Positions 18,001 to 25,286 of a stretch of 64,000 nucleotides of DNA are shown here, one piece after another. Under the pieces are notes generated by a model. It had not been told where the DNA came from. It saw nothing but the letters and a program-made list of their open reading frames with translations, and did not search any database. Positions within the stretch are counted from its first letter, which is position 1. Each line of letters begins with the position of its first letter. This DNA comes from a virus. Its lineage: Duplodnaviria > Caudoviricetes. A program made the position numbers and the translations under genes. Location: positions 13,863 through 77,862 of the IMG/VR virus record IMGVR_UViG_3300012200_000001. One strand, given 5' to 3'.

Positions 18001-18489
18001 GAAATTATCAAGCAATCCCCGATTCAAAATGGCACGGAAGTCTGGGACCGGGTTCACAATCGGTGGGGTGAAGCGCTAAATCCCAAGAGCGGCAAGGTCA
18101 TTCAGATCGGCCGCAATCAGCCGTTTGAGGTGATGATCAATCCGAGTGAACGTGACTTGCGTAGCATGGTGCGCGAGTCTTCGGATCAAGAGATTCGTGT
18201 TTTACTCGATAAAGACAACAATCTATTTGCTTGGGATGCGCGGCATGCAATTCACGCTTCCGTTGAGGATGAACTACAGCTTAAGGCCAAGGAGTGGGAT
18301 AATTGGATTTTACATCGCGGTAAGTTGGTGTCTGGACGCTATTTTCGCCCTAATCCAAATATTTCCGAGGATGTTCAGCGACGTCATTTGCGTCAGGGAG
18401 AGACCGAGGTTCGTAGTTGGTTAAAACAAGTTCCGGCAATCGCCGCGTTCAATACAGCGCTTAGGGATGCGTCAGCTTCGATGATATGA
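15082..18489 (+). CDS. Large polyvalent head-associated protein: ART-like + HhH-glycosylase-like + two unknown domains
   Basis: YHGS...GHGLYF...LYEV...NYVVFDP; GPKIG...LTMDMWFMR; three DPDQPR-type linkers. Start reassigned to ATG 15082, which overlaps the MuF stop. Confidence 0.8.
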   Translation: MLVSIDPPGLFAKPAQWQSFVADMEQRLAEGHEDARPWLEWGRKHLGTHDFDPDQPRDPQGKWTGTGGGTPAYHGSPYAFSEFASKVGSGEGTDAFGHGLYFSENRAVAEHYRRALSGLRGQPAGGVLYEVDLDVERSKLLDWDKPLSQQPEISKILRDQIGTAATPFSGETNKDIADLLRKDAKGEAIMERVSGSPQGVLHKLKEGSDALHEIGIQGVKYLDKRSRAKGEGTSNYVVFDPKRVHIVHAHQFADAAKKGIRVFFMGLGHPHQQPAGGGDAYDDDRARYDPGEISVHGGEFAPEGGAVGGPDYEPGGVKYEEGRRLTSNYIAREASGYKPNSRKVPDVAQELNGRAQKILQQEVNVKEITRENATPQLENYIAKTLAMELKDGLRNGHSTETWYSDKMQRTMQIASKLHPEISADPGKRFAFIAALSIVSQGERVNRAGRNADEAYTRFNKDGKFPTDIKVADPNITGNFQKMNKLIARFGLEGTKKIFDTQYTNRDLLEATGYKVGKTNMDDKVYGSAVLGPKIGQGFYQNLNGNFDPLTMDMWFMRSWGRLTGTGIGHTDMNEQRDKLRTELKRKGKAAPSSMERLLGIAQKTIDVHEADYKETRRPKTPLEHAAERFVYNYSGAMVEAPKGGNDRIWITSVFDKALNLLHKEGTHLTRASGQATWWTPEQGLYKRLGARVPQYDTDYAKVFERIAREKGVTVDAKMTLEFAPWIDDPDSPDNMTEAEMDRMVEGFVHLQSKAARDYDPDQPRVPKGSGEGSGEWTAAGGGGGFEFVSPNIEHTGFEGALRGLTGDRQRALRLAATEIDGTLGLDSVHTNIVGAWSDGAENSILSEVENPDWDKLKLSGAMKGYLADQKSVLLFKQDDKGKAVLYKWAMPGTLESAHRELMQAGITDHTLQKQTSGVTAYVVDRDGKLHDKIAHASSGADVEYQFGRAEFIGTTKDDGTDRQQRDDARRAYAEIIKQSPIQNGTEVWDRVHNRWGEALNPKSGKVIQIGRNQPFEVMINPSERDLRSMVRESSDQEIRVLLDKDNNLFAWDARHAIHASVEDELQLKAKEWDNWILHRGKLVSGRYFRPNPNISEDVQRRHLRQGETEVRSWLKQVPAIAAFNTALRDASASMI

Positions 18490-18625
18490 CCGAAGGAGGG
18501 CGCGTTCAGGTTGAATGGGGGCTTCCTTAAAGACGCAAAGTCGAGTAATTACGATTTGATGCAGGGAATCGTTTCTGAGTCCGAGGCTGGCCGTCGGGGA
18601 GACACGTCGGCCACGGAGCAGATGA

Positions 18626-21600
18626 ATGCCTTACAAGGCAAGCCAGATCCCGAGCGGGACTGAGAAGGTTCCCAAGCACGGTCAGGCTATTTTCCGATCA
18701 GCATTCAATGCCGCCTTCGAGAAGTATGGCGAGGAGCGCGCGCACGCGATTGCGTGGTCGGCCGTTAAAGCAAAATATAAGAAGAAGGGCGACCGCTGGG
18801 TCAGCAAGGACGGATATGCCGTCATGCATCGGCTCGGGGACTACGACCCCGATCAGCCGCGCGTACCTGCCGGTGAATCAGGTGGCGGTCAGTGGGCTGG
18901 CGGCGGCGGTGGCCCCGCCGGTCGCGGCGAGCTGCATCTGACCAAGGCAGAAGGACTATCTGAAAAACCCGAGATCGCACGCACCTTTGGTTTTGGTCAG
19001 GGCATCGAAGGAATAAGCGGCGGGCTTGGAGGCGCTGAGGGAGAACTTGGTGCCGGGACATTCGGCAAAAGCGAACCTGCTGGTGGCGCGAAGGCCTCAC
19101 CCGGCGTTCCCAAGGAATTGGTGAAAGCCATTGAGGATCACGTCGGCGGGATGGGTGGTGAATTTGGCCAGCACGGCAGCGCCGATCTCACCAGGTGGCT
19201 GATGCTCGCGCGCAAAGACCAGATGCTCAAACTCATCGATGACATGCCAGCCAACAAGCGGCCAGCGCTGCTGCTGCACAAGGGTGATGAGAAGGCGGGC
19301 ATGCCGTCAGTATGGTTGTTGGGTTGGAGTGGGACCGAGCAGACGGACATCCACGATCATGTTCGTTCCGAAGTCGGCATTTCGGTGTTGCGCGGTAATA
19401 TTGCCAACGAATGGAATCATCCTCCTGCGGGCTATCTCGATGCCGCGAAGAGCCCTGACGGGCTGCGTATGCCGGTCAACAAGGACACGTTGCCCGAAGG
19501 CACAACTGTGCAGCTCGAGGCTCCGTATATCCACCTGATGCGCGGCACCGCGCCGTCGAAGGCGTCGGGAGAGCGCGACATTTCGGTGCATGCATATCAC
19601 CCGCCACTCAAGCAGATGCACTATTTCAAATCTCGAGGCGGTGCGCTGCATTACGACGGCGATTGGGATGAGGATCGCCCGCCGTCCGAATATTCGACTC
19701 GCGATTGTGCTTGCTGTTCGTTGCTTGACGAGGCGGCAGGCCATCCGTTCCGAGGTAACCAATATACGACGGGAGAGAGCGGCGGTGGCAATGGGCAACC
19801 AGCTGAGAGTACCGGTGAGCATGGTCAGAAGGTTAAGGCATTCCTCAGCTTATCGTCCGCTAAGTCGGTCATCAGAAGCGCAATCAATGAAACGATCAGG
19901 GCTGGAGAGCACATCGTAAAGCATGAATCCGAGATCGCCGTAACGAGCGGCATCCTCGCTGCCTTGACGGCGTTGGGTGCGCCATCGGTGCCAGCGGCAG
20001 TCTGTGCCACGATTGCTGGTTATGCGGTGCACCGCGTGGCCCATAGTCTTGGCATCGATGCCGGAGCTGCACACCGCTTATTGAAGGCCACGACCGGCGG
20101 GCTGCGGAATATGTCTGAACGAGCAAGGCGCTCTGGCATGCATGGCGGCGGCTTCCCCGAGCAGGCATTAGGTTTCGGCGATGCGGATGACGGTTCCGTC
20201 TCCCGGTCTTTGCGCTTGCTCGACGATGCATTGAATCGTCACACACTCGATGAGCTTGATAGATTTATCGAGGAGTACGAATCCGGCCGCTTCCATCGGG
20301 ATGAAGAGGCGGGTCATCCATTCCGCGGCAACCAGTACACCACGGGTGAAAGCGGTGGCGGAAAAGGCGAGGAGGGCGGCGGAGGGCGAGGCGGTGGTGG
20401 CGAGGAGGTCCATCCCGGGAAGGGCTACTCGAAGGAGGCCCGCGTTGACGAGAAAGGCGTCATCCATACCGAGAATGTTGATGATGCAGCGCGTGCGCTT
20501 ACCGAAGGGCGCAAGGTTGAACTGAATCAACCACGGCAAGTCTCAACCTTGCTCGACAAGCTTGGTGAGATAGCCAAAGCGGCGCTCGCTAAAGGCGAGA
20601 AGGCTCCAAATTTTAATTTGTGCGATGTGTCGGTAAAAGGCACCAACCTGTTCTGCGCGGAGACTAAAGGCTTCACGCGCATTGAGATGCCGCAGCTCGA
20701 GGATACCAAAGGTTTCCTCGATTACCTGAAGGCTCGAGGCCACACGGTAAAAGACGGCGAAGAATATGCGGCGCACTTGCGAGCAACACAGAACGAACTG
20801 AAGGGCGCGCAGGTCGCGGCCCTCGCCAATTTCATGGAGACCGGCATCGGTAAGGACGGCAAGGTCGACAAGGAAGCAGCCGCTAAGCTACAAGACCGGC
20901 CCATCGTTATTAGCAAGGACGATTACATTCTCGATGGCCACCATAGCTGGGCGGCAAAAATTGGCATGGACGCGCGCGACAACATCTTGGCTGACGACAA
21001 AAAGATGAATGTGCGCCGGGTCGACACCGACATCATCACATTGCTGTACGCCGCCGATGACTTCACCGGGGGTAAAGGGAAAAAAAGCGCAAAGGATCGC
21101 GCAAAGGATCGCGTCATGATGGACCAAAGGAAACAATGTCCCGGGTGTTACGGGAGCGGTTTGGACCTTGAAGGCGACCAGTGCGATGAATGCGACGGTA
21201 CTGGTTATATCGATAATGACGATGATGATGTTGAGGATGGCCGACGACGGCAGACAGATTCGATACATCTCATCGAGAACGCCGTATTTGTCCAAGATCG
21301 CGATGGCAAGATCGTACGCAAAACCAAGGATGGCTACCTCGTAGCGAATGCACGTATCGCTCGTACCGGCATTCAGCTCTACGACGGAGCAGAGATCGGT
21401 AAGCCCGACATGGGCGTGGTGCGGGTCTATCGACCGGAGAGCGAAGTCTTCAGCGCCAAGGCGATGCACAGCCTCGCGAACAAGCCGATCACGCTCAATC
21501 ATCCGCCGGTCATGGTGGATGCGAAGAATTGGGACGAATACGCGGTTGGTCACATAGGTGAGGAAGTCGCGCGCGATGGTGATTCGGTGCGCGTGCCGCT

Positions 21601-22474
21601 GGTGATCATGGATAGCAAGGCCATTGAGGCTTACGAGAAACATGGCGTGAAAGAATTGTCAGTTGGCTATTCGACCGACTTGCGGTGGGGCAAGGGCCGC
21701 ACACCGGATGGTGAAATCTACGATGCCAAGCAGACTGCGATACGCGGGAATCATCTGGCCGTCGTCCCCGCTGCCAGAGGCGGATCGCGATTGAAGATCG
21801 GGGACGATCACCAGAAAGGAAGGACCGACATGGTGAAGATTCTCGTAGACGGTCAGAGCATCGGGTTCGAGGACGAACTCGCTGCCAAGCACGTACAAAA
21901 CTTTATCGGATCGCTGCAAACGCAGTTGGATGCTGCCAGGAAAAAGAACGGCAACAACAATAACAAGGAGGGCAGTGCTGCCGAGGAAGAGCAGGAGAGC
22001 GAGAAGGAAGAGCGCGGCGAGAAGGATGCTGCATTCGCGGCCATGAAAGGCGAGGTGGCGGCGCTCAAGAAGCAACTCGCTGACGCTCTTGCCAAGACTG
22101 ATCCCAAAGCCATCGATGCGGAGGCGGAGCGGCGGATCGATCTGCTGCTGAAGGCCGATGCCGTGATGGAGGGCAAGGCCGACTTCAAAGGCAAGCCGGA
22201 TACGGAGATCGTGCGCACCGTCGTCATGACTAAGATGGGCGATGCCGCTAAGGACCTCTCCGACGCCGAGATGGTGGGCGCATTCAAAATCCTGACTGCG
22301 AACCTCAAGCCGCGTTCAGGCACAGACCGTCTCGCAGATAGCTTGTTGCTGCTCGGTCATGGCGGCGGCAGCAGCGATCAGACCAATCCCAAGGCGATCA
22401 GAGACAAAGCCTACGCGGATTATGTCGCCAATACCTCGAACGCCTGGAAGAATCCTCGCGGCGCGGCACAGTAA
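18626..22474 (+). CDS. Polyprotein: ChaB + cysteine-dioxygenase-like cupin + ParB/Srx-like + Zn finger + DUF2213-type prohead protease + scaffold
   Basis: AFNAAF...AHAIAWSAVK; IHDH...H...SVHAYHPP; ILDGHHSWAA; CPGCYGSG/CDECDGTG; DGYLVANARIARTG...LSVGY...GNHLAVV; acidic coiled-coil C-terminus. Confidence 0.87.
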   Translation: MPYKASQIPSGTEKVPKHGQAIFRSAFNAAFEKYGEERAHAIAWSAVKAKYKKKGDRWVSKDGYAVMHRLGDYDPDQPRVPAGESGGGQWAGGGGGPAGRGELHLTKAEGLSEKPEIARTFGFGQGIEGISGGLGGAEGELGAGTFGKSEPAGGAKASPGVPKELVKAIEDHVGGMGGEFGQHGSADLTRWLMLARKDQMLKLIDDMPANKRPALLLHKGDEKAGMPSVWLLGWSGTEQTDIHDHVRSEVGISVLRGNIANEWNHPPAGYLDAAKSPDGLRMPVNKDTLPEGTTVQLEAPYIHLMRGTAPSKASGERDISVHAYHPPLKQMHYFKSRGGALHYDGDWDEDRPPSEYSTRDCACCSLLDEAAGHPFRGNQYTTGESGGGNGQPAESTGEHGQKVKAFLSLSSAKSVIRSAINETIRAGEHIVKHESEIAVTSGILAALTALGAPSVPAAVCATIAGYAVHRVAHSLGIDAGAAHRLLKATTGGLRNMSERARRSGMHGGGFPEQALGFGDADDGSVSRSLRLLDDALNRHTLDELDRFIEEYESGRFHRDEEAGHPFRGNQYTTGESGGGKGEEGGGGRGGGGEEVHPGKGYSKEARVDEKGVIHTENVDDAARALTEGRKVELNQPRQVSTLLDKLGEIAKAALAKGEKAPNFNLCDVSVKGTNLFCAETKGFTRIEMPQLEDTKGFLDYLKARGHTVKDGEEYAAHLRATQNELKGAQVAALANFMETGIGKDGKVDKEAAAKLQDRPIVISKDDYILDGHHSWAAKIGMDARDNILADDKKMNVRRVDTDIITLLYAADDFTGGKGKKSAKDRAKDRVMMDQRKQCPGCYGSGLDLEGDQCDECDGTGYIDNDDDDVEDGRRRQTDSIHLIENAVFVQDRDGKIVRKTKDGYLVANARIARTGIQLYDGAEIGKPDMGVVRVYRPESEVFSAKAMHSLANKPITLNHPPVMVDAKNWDEYAVGHIGEEVARDGDSVRVPLVIMDSKAIEAYEKHGVKELSVGYSTDLRWGKGRTPDGEIYDAKQTAIRGNHLAVVPAARGGSRLKIGDDHQKGRTDMVKILVDGQSIGFEDELAAKHVQNFIGSLQTQLDAARKKNGNNNNKEGSAAEEEQESEKEERGEKDAAFAAMKGEVAALKKQLADALAKTDPKAIDAEAERRIDLLLKADAVMEGKADFKGKPDTEIVRTVVMTKMGDAAKDLSDAEMVGAFKILTANLKPRSGTDRLADSLLLLGHGGGSSDQTNPKAIRDKAYADYVANTSNAWKNPRGAAQ
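21830..22474 (+). CDS. Probable nested in-frame scaffold protein (internal start)
   Basis: Strong SD AAAGGAAGGA 5 nt upstream of in-frame ATG 21830, right after the protease domain. Confidence 0.6.
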   Translation: MVKILVDGQSIGFEDELAAKHVQNFIGSLQTQLDAARKKNGNNNNKEGSAAEEEQESEKEERGEKDAAFAAMKGEVAALKKQLADALAKTDPKAIDAEAERRIDLLLKADAVMEGKADFKGKPDTEIVRTVVMTKMGDAAKDLSDAEMVGAFKILTANLKPRSGTDRLADSLLLLGHGGGSSDQTNPKAIRDKAYADYVANTSNAWKNPRGAAQ

Positions 22475-22531
22475 AGTAACGCGCTGCAGTAAAGCTGCTG
22501 CGCTTTTGAAAATAGAAAAGGAGATAAGGGC

Positions 22532-23014
22532 ATGTTGACTCCGGCCCCCGTTCAAACCGACTACATTCGCTATCAACTTCCCGCCCAAAACGGGATGCTT
22601 GCTAGCTCGATCAACTACTCGGCGGACACGCGGATTGTAGAGGTCGTCAGTGGCGGTGCCACTGCTATCCCGTTTGGTCGCGCCGTCAGTCAAGGCGTAA
22701 AACCCAAAGGCTGCCACCTCGGCGGCACCGCCTTTGTGGGCCTTTCCCGCGCTGATCCGACGGTCGCTCGCTCGGAGACTCTTCCTATCGATGAGTATCC
22801 GGAGAACGACAACGCGGGCATCCTGGTGACCGGCGACCTGTGGGTCATCGTTGCCGGTGATGTGACTGCTGGCCAGTCGATCCATTACAACACAACCGAC
22901 GGCAAGCTTAGCGCCGCCGGTGGCACCGCCATCGACAGCTCACGCTGGATGACGACGGCTACATCTGGCCACCTCGCCGTCGCACGTCTCGGCAACATCG
23001 CTGGCAAAGCGTAA
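22532..23014 (+). CDS. Head decoration/cement protein
   Basis: Lies between protease and capsid. AIPFGRAV...GDLWV...AG..V.Y...DG.L pattern. Confidence 0.8.
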   Translation: MLTPAPVQTDYIRYQLPAQNGMLASSINYSADTRIVEVVSGGATAIPFGRAVSQGVKPKGCHLGGTAFVGLSRADPTVARSETLPIDEYPENDNAGILVTGDLWVIVAGDVTAGQSIHYNTTDGKLSAAGGTAIDSSRWMTTATSGHLAVARLGNIAGKA

Positions 23015-23035
23015 ACAGCGCTCAATACGGGAGAC

Positions 23036-24004
23036 ATGAATATGCGCCTTGATATCTACGACAACCCTCAACAGGCGCTCGGCTTCCTGTTGAGCCAGAC
23101 TGCTTTCATCGAGCAGGAAGTTTACCGGACGCAATACCCGGAAATAATTTATCAGCAGCTCATTCCTATCGACACCGCTGCTGGTGAGTGGGCCAAATCG
23201 GTCACCTACTTCAGCCTCGACCGGGTCGGTCAGGCTCAATGGCTGAGCAACGTAGCGACCGATATGCCGTACGCCGATGTCAATCGTAATAAGTACGAGC
23301 AAGGCATCGAGATGGCTGGCATTGGCTACACCTACACGCTCGAGGAGATCGGCCAGGCGTTGATGATTCCTGGTTTGAACCTCACCGGGGAGCGTGCCGA
23401 CGCAGCAAGATTCTCCTACGAAATGTTCATGGACAACCATGCGTATCGTGGAGATGCGACCAAGAACGTGACCGGATTGTTCAACAATCCGACCGTCACG
23501 GTGGTCACAGCGAAGACCGGTGCAGGAGGTTCGACGCACTGGTCGCTGAAGACGGCGGACGAGATCATCGGCGATGTGCAGGATGCTCTCACCGGCATTT
23601 ACGCAGGAAGCCTGACCGTTGAGATGGCGGACACGGTGTTGCTGCCAGTTGGCGAAATGCAGAAGCTCGCCAACATTCGCATCCCGAATACCTACGGCAA
23701 CGCACTCGACTATCTGGCTCGCTACAATCTCTACACGTTCAACACAGGTGCGCCGCTCACGATCCGCGGTGTGATTGGTCTCGACTCTGCGGGCGCAGAC
23801 GGTGGCGGACGCATGGTCGTATATCGGCGCGATCCGCGTGTGCTCAAGTTACACATTCCAATGCCGCACCGCTTCCTGCCGGTGTTCCAGCGTAGTGCGA
23901 TCCAGTTCGACATCCCTGGCATCTTCCGCGTTGGCTCCGTCGAGGTTCGGCGTCCGGGTGCCGTGCGGTATGTCGATGGCATCAGCGGTGTTGGGTCGCC
24001 CTAG
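23036..24004 (+). CDS. Major capsid protein (DUF2184-type, HK97 fold)
   Basis: GFLLSQTAFIE..VY..QYP, GYTYTLEE, TGLFNNP, RMVVYRRDP.VLKLHIPMP, EVRRPGA.RY.DGI. Confidence 0.92.
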   Translation: MNMRLDIYDNPQQALGFLLSQTAFIEQEVYRTQYPEIIYQQLIPIDTAAGEWAKSVTYFSLDRVGQAQWLSNVATDMPYADVNRNKYEQGIEMAGIGYTYTLEEIGQALMIPGLNLTGERADAARFSYEMFMDNHAYRGDATKNVTGLFNNPTVTVVTAKTGAGGSTHWSLKTADEIIGDVQDALTGIYAGSLTVEMADTVLLPVGEMQKLANIRIPNTYGNALDYLARYNLYTFNTGAPLTIRGVIGLDSAGADGGGRMVVYRRDPRVLKLHIPMPHRFLPVFQRSAIQFDIPGIFRVGSVEVRRPGAVRYVDGISGVGSP

Positions 24005-24081
24005 TAACTGAGTGCTTTTTGTTAGAGGCCGGGAGCGGGTGGGAGGCCCGCGCCTGGAAAAATTTTGGAGGAGAGAAGAAC

Positions 24082-24387
24082 ATGCCGACGAAGAAAAGTG
24101 AGACTGAGTGGAGCAATGAGCCGGTGGCGGACCTCGATGCGGAGAGGATGAAACCCACACCGCGTGAAAAGATGGTCGCTGACCTGACCGAAAAGGCTAA
24201 AGACGTTAAGCCGCAGCGCTACGACATCACCAGCAAGAACGCCAAGGCGCTGCGCGTGGTGCACGATCATCACGGCAACAAAGTCGCACTTCAGCCCGGA
24301 GAGACAAAGCGCAGCATCCTGCTGCGTCCGGATCTCGCCGAATATCTCGGCAAAGGGGACCTGACCCTGACGGCGAGCACAGTGTGA
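24082..24387 (+). CDS. Hypothetical virion-associated protein
   Basis: GGAGG RBS before ATG 24082, directly after the capsid gene. Confidence 0.65.
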   Translation: MPTKKSETEWSNEPVADLDAERMKPTPREKMVADLTEKAKDVKPQRYDITSKNAKALRVVHDHHGNKVALQPGETKRSILLRPDLAEYLGKGDLTLTASTV

Positions 24388-24815
24388 TGCGCCTTGGAAT
24401 GATGACGACGCAGGGAACGGGAGGTCATCCGGCATGGAAACATGCTGAGGTCACAGCCGATAAGCTGGTAATTGATCCAGAGCCGAGTGTTGCCGACTAC
24501 GCCGCCAAGTGCGAAGCGGCGGCCCACCTGCGGCGTAAGCTGCGTGACGCGCTTGAGAAGCATCATGAGGACGTGAAGCAGCACGAACTCGCACAGCTTC
24601 AGGCGAACTCTGCAACGCGGATCAAGGCGGCGCTCGAACCTGAGAGTCGGCACGTCGACGAGGCGGTTGCCACGATCCAGGGCCTGACCAAAGGCACGCT
24701 GCTAGAAGAGCACTATGCCAAACCAGAAGTGGTGCAAGCGATGCGCGAGGTGCTGGCCTGCGAGTTCAGGACGCAGCAGTACATTCACCGCCAGGAGGCG
24801 GGCAAGGGAGCATGA
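24384..24815 (+). CDS. Hypothetical protein
   Basis: Translationally coupled helical ORF. Confidence 0.65.
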   Translation: MMRLGMMTTQGTGGHPAWKHAEVTADKLVIDPEPSVADYAAKCEAAAHLRRKLRDALEKHHEDVKQHELAQLQANSATRIKAALEPESRHVDEAVATIQGLTKGTLLEEHYAKPEVVQAMREVLACEFRTQQYIHRQEAGKGA

Positions 24816-24818
24816 GCT

Positions 24819-25277
24819 ATGCCGGGCTTCACCACAGCAATGCCGACCAGTTACAAGGCGGAGCTGCCGCAGGCGATTCACAACCACACGGCAATAACCG
24901 GCGACGATTTCAAATGCGCGCTTGGCGTGGGAACGCCATCTGGTACATTCGACGCAACCACAACCAACTATTCGGCGCTTAGCTCCGACGAGGTTGCCAA
25001 CGGCAACGGCTATACAACCGGAGGCTTCGACTTCACTGCGGCCAACAACACCACACCATTAAGCGCAAGCGGCACGGCCTACTGGCAGTGGGGCGTGAAC
25101 CCGAGCTGGTCGAGCGCGACGTTCTCGACCTCGGGCTGCATCATCTACAACGCGAGCAAGTCCAACCGCGCAGTCTATGTCGGCTCGTTCGGCGGCATAC
25201 AGTCGGTGACCAACGGCACGCTCACGCTGGTCATGCCGACGAACGGGAACACGACTTCGCTGCTGAGAATCCAATAG
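24819..25277 (+). CDS. Virion structural beta-sandwich protein (appendage module A)
   Basis: Thr/Ser/Gly-rich. DFKCAL...EVANGNGYTTGG...V.GSFG...VTNGTLTL is typical of small virion fibre/adaptor proteins. Confidence 0.7.
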   Translation: MPGFTTAMPTSYKAELPQAIHNHTAITGDDFKCALGVGTPSGTFDATTTNYSALSSDEVANGNGYTTGGFDFTAANNTTPLSASGTAYWQWGVNPSWSSATFSTSGCIIYNASKSNRAVYVGSFGGIQSVTNGTLTLVMPTNGNTTSLLRIQ

Positions 25278-25286
25278 GGGCGGCTA

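Noticed and set aside
21077-21086. GGGAAAAAAA as a -1 frameshift site in the protease polyprotein
   Set aside because: The GGGAAAA heptamer is not in X XXY YYZ phase with the reading frame, and the frame is already continuous into the protease.
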